Shown here: positions 27,102 to 38,420 of the stretch, piece after piece
Layout: each line of letters starts with the position of its first letter
Numbering within the stretch: the first letter of the stretch is position 1
Assembly (NCBI RefSeq): GCF_006345805.1
Contig: NC_043024.1
Location: 15,252,001 to 15,316,000 of the forward strand
DNA: 64,000 nucleotides
Reading direction: 5' to 3'
Source: Octopus sinensis
Lineage: Eukaryota
Translations under genes and position numbers: made by a program
Notes under the pieces: model-generated
Told to the model about the DNA's origin: nothing
Database searches by the model: none
What the model saw: the letters and a program-made list of their open reading frames with translations, nothing else

Positions 27102-27325
27102 AACCCTTTCAGTACTGTATTTATTTTGAGATGCTCTGGGTTTCTTTTAATTAATTTAAAATAAAACAAAGAATTTAGTAAAATAACTTAGTTATCATTT
27201 AGCTAGTGTTAGGAAAATAAATTGTGACTAAGGTTTGGTGGAAGATTTTAATTCAAAACTTATGAAAACAAAACATTTAGTACTCAGAGCCAGAGCTGGT
27301 TTCAGCCGGGTTGATAACGAAAGGG
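27102..27325. mobile_element. piggyBac-like MITE of the same family, opposite orientation
   Basis: TTAACCCTTTC...GAAAGGGTTAA with the same interior. Confidence 0.7.
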
Positions 27326-27536
27326 TTAATGCAAAATGCAAAAAAAAATCTTTCAAAAATGACTTTATACACCCATCCTTTTCTCTTGTGTATTACTATA
27401 TATTCTATATAGTTTGTACAATGATATGTTAAGGAGCTTATTTTATGAGTACTACCAGATAGCTTGAATCTATATATTGTGACTTAAATATAAGTTTATA
27501 TATATATATATAAACTAATGATATATATTATGTGCA

Positions 27537-28397
27537 TTACAAACATTTGCTATGGACAATAAATAGGCCAGACTCATCGTATTCTTCTTTGGTAATCCAC
27601 AGATCTGTGAACTGAGGACTATAGGTCAGTTTAGAACCCCCGATCCATGAGGAGTATTTACGTTCTGGTAGAGCAATGACATTAACCTCTGTGTCAGGTG
27701 GTGCCAGGGCACTGATTTCCTTTTTCATACGTTCAGCAAAACCTGGGAACATTGTTGAACCACCAGACAACACAATGTTGGCAAACAGATCTCTCCTAAT
27801 TTCTTCATCACAGTTCATGATTGAGTTATAAGTTATTTCATGAACACCAGCTTCCATACCAAGGCAACCTGGTTGGAACATAGCTTCTGGGACTCGGAAT
27901 TGTTCATTTCCAATGGTAATGAATTGTCCATCAGGTAGTTCATAACTCATTTCCAAAGATGAAGAAGAGGCTGTTGTCTCCATTTCCTGTTCAAAGTCTA
28001 GCGCAACATAGCAGAACTTTTCTTTGATGTCACGGACAATTTCCCTCTGAGAAGCTGTGTCGAAGGAATAGCCGCATTCCATCAAGATCCTTGCAAGGTA
28101 ATCTGTCAAGTCGAGACCCGCAAGGTCCTGATGGATAGCAGCATATGGCATTGTTGAAGCTTCATAGACAGGAACAGCTTGGGAAAAACCAAGACCCACA
28201 TTCACAGAAATACCAGTATCACAACCAGAATCAAAAATGCTCAATGCAGATTGATTAGCAACCATTACTGCACGAGAGTTAAACTTTTCAAACATAATTT
28301 CAGCCATCTTTTCTCTGTTGACCTTAGAATTACCAACAGGCTCAGTCAGTAAGACAGAGTATTCTTTAGGTTCAACATCCAACTCATTAAACGTATA

Positions 28398-28428
<31 letters not shown>

Positions 28429-28535
28429 GAAATAATACCACGTCGAATGGGGTACTTCAAATTAAGATCACTTCTCAGGCATTCAGCATTAACTCCAATA
28501 TAGTAGACTTCGAGTTCATTTTCAACCATTCCACC
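27537..28535 (-). CDS. Divergent actin-like gene A, exon 2 (332 codons plus stop; spliced protein ~373 aa)
   Basis: Open frame with actin motifs (LKYPI..G...[83 protein letters not shown]). TTTCAG acceptor ends at 28536, so the exon starts at the Gly42-equivalent codon. The first 12 codons of the track ORF are intronic. Confidence 0.93.
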
Positions 28536-28689
28536 CTGAAACACAATATGTAACAGTAAGAATTCTTGCAATACTGGGTTTGTAACATTTTTGACATGCT
28601 AGGTATTACAGCAAAAAAAATTACATGATTTATGGAATTTTTATTAAAAATCCTATAATTTTTTCTTTATTTTATCATTTTTTTCTTAT

Positions 28690-28902
28690 ACTTGTTTTAG
28701 TCATTAGACTGTGGCCATGCTGGGGCATTCTCTTGAAGAGATTTTGTTAAACAAATCAACCCCAATACTAATGTTTTTTCTTTAAGGCAGGTACTAATTC
28801 TATTGGTCTCTTATTGCCAAACCACTAAGTTATGGGGATATAAACAAAGCAGCACTGGTTGGCAGTGTTGGATGACAAATACAGTGATACACACACACAC
28901 AC

Positions 28903-28950
<48 letters not shown>

Positions 28951-29135
28951 GCAAATGCACTCACACACACAGATAGATATACAAAAGGCAACATTCAGTT
29001 TCCACATACCAAATCCACTCCCAAAGATTTGGTTGGCCTGGGCCTATAATAGACGACATTTTCCCAAGCTGCCATGCAGTGGAACTGAACCTGGAGCCAT
29101 GTGGTTGGGAAGCAAGCTTCTTACCACACAGCCAT
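28690..29135 (-). mobile_element. SINE family A (diverged), in the intron of actin-like A
   Basis: Consensus match. Confidence 0.7.
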
Positions 29136-29293
29136 GCATGTTAAACATTTGAAATTAGAGTGAAATGTGTTTTCCCTGTTTCTTGAGTAATTGAAACCGT
29201 ATTGAAAACACGGCCTTATTGAACAGTATCAGTCAAAATGATATTTAATAATGAACCTATATGTTCTGAGTTCAAATTCCATCAAAGAGCTCC

Positions 29294-29835
29294 AGTCTTA
29301 GGAATGAAGAGGAAGTCCAGTGTTCAGAATGAAGAAAGGGGCCAGACCTAAGCATGAAGAGAAGGGCCAGTCTTTGTAATGAAGGCAAGGGACAGTCTTA
29401 AGAGTAAAGTGGAAGCCACATCTTAAGAATGAAGAAGTGGGTCAGTCTTTAGGATGGAGATGTGAGGCATTCTTAGGGGAAAAAAAAGAGGGTCTGTCTT
29501 AGAAAGGAAGAAGAGGGCCAGTGTTCAGAAATGAAGAAATGAGCCAGTCTTAAGAATGATGTGAACAGTCAACCTCAGGTGTGAAGAGGGAAGGACAGTC
29601 TCTGGAATGGAGCAGAAGGACACTCTTATGAAGGGGAGGTAACTGCTAGGAATGAAGGGGAAGTGCATTCTAAGGGATCAATAGAAGGATCCATCTGAGG
29701 AATGAATAAATGGGGTAGTCTTAAGAACGAAGGTGAGGGCCAGTGTTAGAGATGAAGAGGTGTGCCAGTCTTAAGACTGAAGAAGTGGATTCATCTTAGG
29801 AATGAAAATGTGGTTAGTCTTGAGGTTGAAGAGGT
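29294..29835. repeat. Degenerate 25-bp minisatellite (CAGTCTTAAGAATGAAGA...)
   Basis: 25-bp periodicity seen directly. Confidence 0.8.
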
Positions 29836-29849
29836 GTATATATATACAG

Positions 29850-32365
29850 AGGGAGGATTCTGCAAAGAGAGAGAGGCTTGGAGGCACTACTATGAAAGGT
29901 TGCTAAATGAAAAGAAGGAATAGGAGAAAGAGAGTCTGCCAAATGTCAACCCAACAGAAGGACCAGCTGTTTGAATTGATAGTACCTTGGTAGATAAGCA
30001 ATTAGGAGTATGAAAACAGGGAAAGCCCCTGGCCTGTCAAGAATCACTGCAGAGATGCTTAAAAGATCTGGCAGTGTAGGCTATAGTCTGACCACCCATA
30101 TAATCAACCAGGTGATATATGAAGGAGTCATACCCAATGACTGGTGTAGCAGTACCATAGTCAACTGCTACAAAAGTAAAGGTGATGCATTGGCTAGGAG
30201 TAATTATAGGGGCATCAAATTGTTGGATCAGGTGATGAAAGTCATGGAGAGGGTCATAGCCCAAATAATTAGGGAGAGAGTTAGTTTAGATGAGATGCAG
30301 TTTGGGCTTGTGCCAGGGAGAAGCACCACTGATGCTATATTTCTGGTAAGAGAGCTGCTTGAGAAATTCCTATCCAAAAGTAAACCACTGTACCTGGTTT
30401 TTATTGACATGGAGAAAGACTTTGACAGGGTCCCCTGATCCCTTATCTGGTGGTCAATGCAAAAACTTGGAATAGATGAGTGGTTAGTGAGAGCTGTACA
30501 AACCATATACAGGGATGCTGTCAGTAAGGTGAGGGTTGGCAATTAGTAGAGTGAAGAGTTTCGGGTTGAAGTAGGAGTTCACCAAGGATCAGTGCTCAGC
30601 ACCTTCCTATTCATCATAGACCTCCAGGCAATAACAGAGGAATTCAAGACAGGCTGCCCTGGGAAATTCCTCTACGCTGATGACCTTGCTCTAATAGCTG
30701 AGTCACTACCAGAGTTAGAGGAGAAGCTTCAGATGTGGAAGCGAAGTCTTGAATGAAAGGGCCTTAGAATCAATCTATTAAAAACCAAAGAAGTAGGAAG
30801 GCGGACAAATCACAAATCCCTTCAGGTAGATGGCCCTGCTTGATCTGTAGAAAAAGTGTAGGTAGAAACTCCATAAGATGTACCACATATGGATGCATAA
30901 GCAGTGCAGCAATATCAAAGGAAAGTTAACTAGGAAGATAGTTTTTGTGTGTGAAAGATGCACAGGTACAATTAACACTGATAATGTGCAAAAAACTGAC
31001 TTTGTGATATACCAGGAGGAAAAACTAGAAATAGTTGATAGCTTTCGTTACCAAGGTGACCAAGTCAGTTGTAGGGGTGGGTGCTCTGAGAGCATAGCTG
31101 CTGGAATAAGAATAGGCTGGGCAAAGTTCAGAGAGCTCCTACCTCTACTGGTTACAAAAGGCCTCCTGATCATAGTGAAAGGTAAACTGTATTATGCATA
31201 TGTGTGAACAGCCATGCTACATGGTAGTGAAACATGAGCTGTGACTGCTGAGGACATGCGTAAGCTTGAAAGAAACACAGCCAGTATGCTACACTGGATG
31301 TGTAATGTCAGTGTGTATACATGATAGAGTGCAAGCGCCCTGAGAGAAAAGTTGGACATAAGAAGCATTAGATGCAGTGTACAAGAGAGATCTGCACTGG
31401 TATGGCCATGTGTTGCATATAGATGTGGACAGCTGTGTAAAGAAGTGTCACACCCTAACAGTGGAGGGAACCTGTTGAAGAGGTAGACCAAAGAAGACCT
31501 GGGATGAGGTGGTGAAGCATGACCTTCAAACATTGGGACTCACAGAGGCAATGACAAGTGACCGAGACCTTTGGAGATATGCTGTGCTTGAGAAGACCAT
31601 AGGGAGGCCAATGGGGTTAGGGTCTGAAGAAATGTTGTAAAGCTAAGTGCTTTATGGATATGAAACCCATGGTAACCCTATAGGCCAGCTGTGGAAATAT
31701 GCTGTGATTGAGAAGACCTGGCAAACCAAGTGAGACCATAACTTGTGGCCTGTGCCAGGGGTGTAACCAGCCCACTTATGCGTGCCTTTCCTTCATTGGA
31801 CACTAAACTCTGCTTGCAAAGACCTGTTGAGGCAAGTGGAGTTGAAATCAAATTCAATGACAGCACCACATGACTGGTATCCATGCCAGTGGAGTGCTAA
31901 GAGCACTACCTGAGCATGATCATTGCAAGGGCCACTGACTGGGTCCTGTGCCGGTGGCACGTAAAAAGCATCATTCGAGCATGATCGTTAACAGCGTCGC
32001 CTTACTGGCACTTGTGCCAGTGACACATGGAAAACAACATTCAAGCAAGGTCATTGCCAGCTTGAGCGAGATTGTTGCCAGTGCCACTGGACTGGCACCT
32101 GTGCAGGTGGCATGTAAAAAACACCATTTAAGCATGGCCATTGCCAGTACCACCTGGCTGGCCCTCATGCTGGTGGCACCTAAAAGCACCCACTACACTC
32201 TCAGAGTGGTTGATGTTAGGAAGGGCATCCAGCTGTAGAAACTCTGCCAGATCAGATCGGAACTTGGTGCAGCCATCTGGCTCGCCAGTCCCCAGTCAAA
32301 CTGTCCAACCCATGCTAGCATGGAAAGCAGACGTTAAACGAAGATGATGATGATGATGATGATGA
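29850..32365 (+). mobile_element. Degenerate 5'-truncated RTE LINE with 3' UTR and (GAT)n tail, in the intron of actin-like A
   Basis: Same RT motifs as the 61-64 kb copy with many stops; tail at 32341-32365. Confidence 0.88.
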
Positions 32366-32874
32366 TATATATATATATATATATATAATTAATCAATATA
32401 GGGTGGCAAAAAAAATTTTGTAGAATTTTTTTGCCACCAGCGGCCTAGTGGGAAAAAATTAAATAGTCATAGACCATTTTTAAGTTCAACATCAACAATC
32501 AAGGAACGGCCATAATAGGCCATTCACCCACTAGAAATAACAGCCAAAGCTTCAACCGCAAATAAAAGTCAATTCCGTAAACAGGAGAAAATTTAAAAAA
32601 CATTTACCCTGTAATTTCTTATACGATGCACCGTTTCGTCTGTTGTTTAATGGTAAACTAACCTGATTAAATTAAATCAAGCCAATCTTCCATAGGCCAC
32701 CCTATATTGATTAATTATGAATTTTCTGGTTAATTCCGTAATGGAATCGACGGCTTATATTTATTTGCTGCCGATAAATTTGGCGCGAGTGCGATGATTT
32801 GAAAATTTTAGGTCAGATATTACCTTGGCAGGGTCGGAGATGCCTCGTGAAAATATCTGTTCCGACTTGTGGCT

Positions 32875-32981
32875 ATTTCTTACTGAAGAATCTGAGGGCC
32901 TATGGAAGATTGGCTTGATTTAATTTAATCAGGTTAGTTTACCATTAAACAACAGACGAAACGGTGCATCGTATAAGAAAT
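32875..32981 (+). ncRNA. Type I hammerhead ribozyme, copy 1 in the ~495-bp array
   Basis: Stem I AUUUCUUA/UAAGAAAU; CUGAAGA 32883-89; stem II UCUG/CAGA with an A.C closing mismatch and a long insert; GAAA 32958-61; stem III CGG-UGCA-UCG; GUA triplet ending at 32973. Confidence 0.75.
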
Positions 32982-33366
32982 TACAGGGTAAATGTTTTTT
33001 AAATTTTCTCCTGTTTACGGAATTGACTTTTATTTGCGGTTGAAGATTTGGCTGTTATTTCTAGTGGGTGAATGGCCTATTATGGCCGTTCCTTGATTGT
33101 TGATGTTGAACTTAAAAATGGTCTATGACTATTTAATTTTTTCCCACTAGGCCGCTGGTGGCAAAAAAATTCTACAAAATTTTTTTTGCCACCCTATATT
33201 GATTAATTATGAATTTTCTGGTTAATTCCGTAATGGAATCGACGGCTTATATTTATTTGCTGCCGATAAATTTGGCGCGAGTGCGATGATTTGAAAATTT
33301 TAGGTCAGATATTACCTTGGCAGGGTCGGAGATGCCTCGTGAAAATATCTGTTCCGACTTGTGGCT

Positions 33367-33473
33367 ATTTCTTACTGAAGAATCTGAGGGCCTATGGAAG
33401 ATTGGCTTGATTTAATTTAATCAGGTTAGTTTACCATTAAACAACAGACGAAACGGTGCATCGTATAAGAAAT
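33367..33473 (+). ncRNA. Type I hammerhead ribozyme, copy 2 in the ~495-bp array
   Basis: Same as copy 1 at offset +492; cleavage after 33465. Confidence 0.75.
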
Positions 33474-33861
33474 TACAGGGTAAATGTTTTTTAAATTTTC
33501 TCCTGTTTACGGAATTGACTTTTATTTGCGGTTGAAGCTTTGGCTGTTATTTCTAGTGGGTGAATGGCCTATTATGGCCGTTCCTTGATTGTTGATGTTG
33601 AACTTAAAAATGGTCTATGACTATTTAATTTTTTCCCACTAGGCCGCTGGTGGCAAAAAAATTCTACAAAATTTTTTTTTTTGCCACCCTATATTGATTA
33701 ATTATGAATTTTCTGGTTAATTCCGTAATGGAATCGACGGCTTATATTTATTTGCTGCCGATAAATTTGGCGCGAGTGCGATGATTTGAAAATTTTAGGT
33801 CAGATATTACCTTGGCAGGGTCGGAGATGCCTCGTGAAAATATCTGTTCCGACTTGTGGCT

Positions 33862-33968
33862 ATTTCTTACTGAAGAATCTGAGGGCCTATGGAAGATTGG
33901 CTTGATTTAATTTAATCAGGTTAGTTTACCATTAAACAACAGACGAAACGGTGCATCGTATAAGAAAT
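33862..33968 (+). ncRNA. Type I hammerhead ribozyme, copy 3 in the ~495-bp array
   Basis: Same as copy 2 at offset +495; cleavage after 33960. Confidence 0.75.
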
Positions 33969-34087
33969 TACAGGGTAAATGTTTTTTAAATTTTCTCCTG
34001 TTTACGGAATTGACTTTTATTTGCGGTTGAAGCTTTGGCTGTTATTTCTAGTGGGTGAATGGCCTATTATGGCCGTTCCTTGATTGT

Positions 34088-34130
<43 letters not shown>

Positions 34131-34350
34131 CATACATATCTACCCATAGGAAAGTAGTATCTTTCTTGAAACAAAAAGAACTGGTAGAAAAAGTATTTGA
34201 TTGTAGAATATTTGTAGAATATTCAGCATGAAGAATTCCTTTTGGCCCTTGAGAACATGGAAATGTGAATATTGAAAGAATGATCATTGGGATTATGATG
34301 TGTGTGTCTGTGTGTGTATGTTTACAGTTACATATATAGAATAGACATAC

Positions 34351-34473
34351 CTGGTATCTGGGATAACCAACAACCGAAGGAAAGACAACTTTTGGTGCAT
34401 CTTCACCTCCCAAACCAGCTTTACATGTATAGGATCCATTATCAATGACAACAGAGGCAACTTCATCATCCAT
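34351..34473 (-). CDS. Actin-like gene A, exon 1, proximal copy ([41 protein letters not shown])
   Basis: 41 codons with an actin phosphate-1 loop (IDNGS..CKAG), followed by a CAG|GTATGT donor. Phase 0 matches exon 2. Confidence 0.9.
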
Positions 34474-35427
34474 GTTTGTGATTTTAAGTCGGATAATATA
34501 CTCCTGGCTAGAATATAGCCATGTAAATGTTAATATTGTTGTTTATGAAATGTGTGCTTGTCCTGGATTTAGCTCCTGCTGTTTCATAAAATTTTAATTT
34601 TCTTGGTAAACAGGCGTGGTTGACATTAGTCTTAAATTTCTATTTATATGACCAATAAATATATTTTTATGAAACAAGGAAGCTTTTTATAAAGAAACTG
34701 GGCATATCCAGGTGCAGACGTGGCTGTGTGGTTAAGAAGCATCTTGGGTTCAGTTCTGCAGCTCAGCAGTTTAGACAAGTATCTTCTACTGTGACTCTGG
34801 GCTAATCAAAGCCTTGTAAGTGGATTTCATTAATGGAAACTGAAAGAAGCCCATTGTGCATGTGTTTATCTCTTATATAAAATCCGTTCTGTCTGTCTGT
34901 GTGTGTGTCTTCTCGGATCTCGGGCATCCTCCATCTGATTGCGTTCAAATTTGATATGTAGATACCGACGGTATCAGGACGTGTATAAGTCTTGAAAAAA
35001 TTACAAAAATCAATTCCAGGTGAGAATGCGATCGATAAAGCCATTTTTGTCCTGCTTTTCTTCCGTCAACCTGTACATAACTGCACCTTCCAGTTTTTGT
35101 TGTTTTTGTACTGCTTAAAGGCACATTTCTTTCCTGCCAAGCTTACTGTTTAAGCCATGTTTGTGTTCTCCCAGTCAACAGCCTTATCATTACTGGTACT
35201 TTAAACTCTTCGGTTGCATATTTGTGTGAATAAAATCGTTTTTCTTTGGAATAGAAAAAAGTCTGTCTATATTTCTTCTTTTGCTGGTGTCTCAAATTTA
35301 GGTTAAATCAGTGTTTCTCAAAGGGGAGGCCTATGGGACAGTCAGACAAGTTGTTTTGAGAAAATTTGGTTTAAATATTTGACAACTCAGCACCGTCCAT
35401 TGGATAGAGGGCTTTTATATATATATA

Positions 35428-35717
35428 CAATACAGTGTACATTTAAACACATTAGGAGGTTTCCATCATAGGAATCCTTTATGCTAGAAAGAACAGCTAA
35501 AGTCCAAACCACTAATTAGGGATAAATTGGTTTGGATAAAGTCCAAACCAATTTATCCCTAATTTCTAACAGAAAGGATTCCTATGATGAAAACCTCTTA
35601 ATGTATTTAAATGTACACCTTATTTTATATGAATAATATATAGTCTATTGACTAATTTTTCTATATGCTAGGCCACTGGTAGTAAAAATTTCTAAAATCT
35701 TTATTACCCTGATAGTA

Positions 35718-35722
<5 letters not shown>
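35428..35722. mobile_element. Fold-back skeleton-family element (no HHR), duplication copy A
   Basis: Palindrome TGTACATTTAAA...TTTAAATGTACA, then GCTAGGCCACTGGT, hairpin, ACCCT and (TA)n. Confidence 0.6.
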
Positions 35723-35755
<33 letters not shown>

Positions 35756-36721
35756 TTTGTAGAAAGCATAAATCCAGAGAAGAAGCACATTCTATGATGT
35801 AGAGCAGTGTACATGTTTAATAGAGAAGGCCAGTTTATGGGGTTACCTTGGGTTTCCCATCCATAAAGGGTTTAACTTTATGGTGTATCATCAGACCCCA
35901 ATACCTGTTGGTCTAAGACTCTGCTTGCAAAGACCTGTTGAGGCAAGTGAAATCAAAATCAAATTCAATGACAGCACCACATGACTGGTATCCATGCCAG
36001 TGGAGTGCTAAGAGCACTACCTGAGCATGATCATTGCAAGGGCCACTGACTGGGTCCTGTGCCGGTGGCACGTAAAAAGCATCATTTGAGCGTGATCATT
36101 AACATTGTCGCCTTACTGGCACTTGTGCTGGTGACACATGGAAAACAACATTCGAGCGAGATCGTTGCCAGTTCGAGCGAGATTGTTGCCAATGCCACTG
36201 GACTGACACCTGTGCAGGTGGCACGTAAAAAACACCATTTAAGCATGGCCATTGCCAGTACCGCCTGACTGGCCTTCATGCCGGTGGCACCTAAAAGCAC
36301 CCACTACACTCTCAGAGTGGTTGATGTTAGGAAGGGCATCCAGCTGTAGAAACTCTGCCAGATCAAATTGGAGCTTGGTGCAGCCATCTGGCTCGCCAGT
36401 CCCCAGTCAAACCGTCAAACCCATGCTAGCATAGAAAGCAGACGTAAATGAAGATGATGATGATGATGATGATGATATATATATATATATATATACACAC
36501 ACATACATATCTACCCATAGGAAAGTAGTATCTTTCTTGAAACAAAGAGAACTGGTAGAAAAAGTATTTGATTGTAGAATATTTGTAGAATATTCAGCAT
36601 GAAGAATTCCTTTTGGCCCATGAGAACATGGAAATGTGAATATTAAGAGAAGGATCATTGGGATAATGATGTGTGTGTCTGTGTGTGTATGTTTACAGTT
36701 ACATATATAGAATAGACATAC

Positions 36722-36844
36722 CTGGTATCTGGGATAACCAACAACCGAAGGAAAGACAACTTTTGGTGCATCTTCACCTCCCAAACCAGCTTTACATGTA
36801 TAGGATCCATTATCAATGACAACAGAGGCAACTTCATCATCCAT
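36722..36844 (-). CDS. Actin-like gene A, exon 1, distal duplicated copy
   Basis: Identical by eye to 34351-34473, same donor; lies inside the tandem duplication. Confidence 0.88.
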
Positions 36845-37797
36845 GTTTGTGATTTTAAGTCGGATAATATACTCCTGGCTAGAATATAGCCATGTAAATG
36901 TTAATATTGTTGTTTATGAAATGTGTGCTTGTCCTGGATTTAGCTCCTGCTGTTTCATAAAATTTTAATTTTCTTGGTAAACAGGCGTAGTTGACATTAG
37001 TCTTAAATTTCTATTTATATGACCAATAAATATATTTTTATGAAACAAGGAAGCTTTTTATAAAGAAACTGGGCATATCCAGGTGCAGACGTGGCTGTGT
37101 GGTTAAGAAGCATCTTGGGTTCAGTTCTGCAGCTCAGCAGTTTAGACAAGTATCTTCTACTGTGACTCTGGGCTAATCAAAGCCTTGTAAGTGGATTTCA
37201 TTAATGGAAACTGAAAGAAGCCCATTGTGCATGTGTTTATCTCTTATATAAAATCCGTTCTGTCTGTCTGTGTGTGTGTCTTCTTGGATCTCGGGCATCC
37301 TCCATCCGATTGCGTTCAAATTTGATATGTAGATACCGACGGTATCAGGACGTGTATAAGTCTTGAAAAAATTACAAAAATCAATTCCAGGTGAGAATGC
37401 GATCGATAAAGCCATTTTTGTCCTGCTTTTCTTCCGTCAACCTGTACATAACTGCACCTTCCATTTTTTGTTGTTTTTGTACTGCTTAAAGGCACGTTTC
37501 TTTCCTGCCAAGCTTACTGTTTAAGCCATGTTTGTGTTCTCCCAGTCAATAGCCTTATCATTACTGGTACTTTAAACTCTTCGGTTGCATATTTGTGCGA
37601 ATAAAATCGTTTTTCTTTGGAATAGAAAAAAAGTCTATCTTTATTTCTTCTTTTGCTGGTGTCTCAAATTTAGGTTAAATCAGTGTTTCTCAAAGGGGAG
37701 GCCTATGGGACAGTCAGACAAGTTGTTTTGAGAAAATTTGGTTTAAATATTTGACAACTCAGCACCGTCCATAGGATAGAGGGCTTTTATATATATA

Positions 37798-38080
37798 TAC
37801 AATACAGTGTACATTTAAACACATTAAGAGGTTTCCATCATAGGAATCCTTTATGCTAGAAAGAACAGCTAAAGTCCAAGCCACTAATTAGGGATAAATT
37901 GATTTGGACTTTAGCTGTTCTTTCTAACATAAAAGATTCCTATGATGGAAAACTCTTAATGTGTTTAAATGTACACCTTATTTTATATGAATAATATATA
38001 ATCTATTGACTAATTTTTCTATATGCTAGGCCACTGGTAGTAAAAATTTCTAAAATCTTTATTACCCTTATATTATTAAT

Positions 38081-38082
<2 letters not shown>
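37798..38082. mobile_element. Fold-back skeleton-family element (no HHR), duplication copy B
   Basis: As 35428-35722 but with a different palindrome apex. Confidence 0.6.
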
Positions 38083-38113
<31 letters not shown>

Positions 38114-38175
38114 ATCATTTGTAGAAAGCATAAATCCAGAGAAGAAGCACATTCTATGATGTAGAGCAGTGTACA

Positions 38176-38420
38176 TGTTTAATGGAGAAGGCCAGTTTAT
38201 GGGGTTACCTTGGGTTTCCCATCCATAAAGGGTTTAACTTTATCGTGTATCATCAGACCCCAGTACCTGTTGGTCTAAGACCTCTTCAAAATATCTTGAA
38301 GATATTTTGAAGATGTCTTAGACCAACAGGTACTGGGGTCTGATGATGCACCATAAGGTTACACCCCTTATGGATTGGAAACCCCGGGTAGTCCCATAAA
38401 CCAGCCTTCCCCATTAAACA
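38176..38420. repeat. 245-bp imperfect palindrome centred at 38298 (second fold-back family)
   Basis: TGTTTAATGGAGAAGG...AAAATATC-TTGAA-GATATTTT...CCTTCCCCATTAAACA. Only its left arm is present at ~35815-35919. Confidence 0.8.

Larger units (their letters stand above)
32385..34090 (+). mobile_element. Retrozyme-like array: inverted partial unit plus ~2.8 head-to-tail ~495-bp units, in (TA)n
   Basis: gccaccctatattg recurs at 32696, 33188 and 33683. 32385-32698 is the reverse complement of ~32897-33211. TA runs on both flanks; absent from the duplicated sister segment at ~36480. Confidence 0.75.
31807..38281. repeat. Tandem duplication: copy A 31807-35919 (with the 1.7-kb array inserted), copy B 35918-38281
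   Basis: Colinear near-identity of the RTE 3' UTR, actin exon 1, SINE, Helitron-like fragment and hairpins. Junction GGTCTAAGAC|TCTGCTTGC at 35919. Confidence 0.9.

Noticed and set aside
27537-28535. Calling the actin-like genes conventional actin (act/ACTB) or processed pseudogenes
   Set aside because: Too many core-motif substitutions for a conventional actin; the intron and open frames argue against retro-pseudogenes.
28536-28571. Track start codon [12 protein letters not shown] for the actin ORF
   Set aside because: Intronic polypyrimidine tract and acceptor; the true N-terminus is the upstream 41-codon exon.
29294-29835. Regularly spaced repeats suggesting a CRISPR array (also 42965-45010 and the ~495-bp array)
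   Set aside because: No unique spacers, no cas genes, eukaryotic context.
34048-34350. C-terminal extension of the exon 1 ORFs (also 36407-36721)
   Set aside because: Read-through past the GT donor into the intron.
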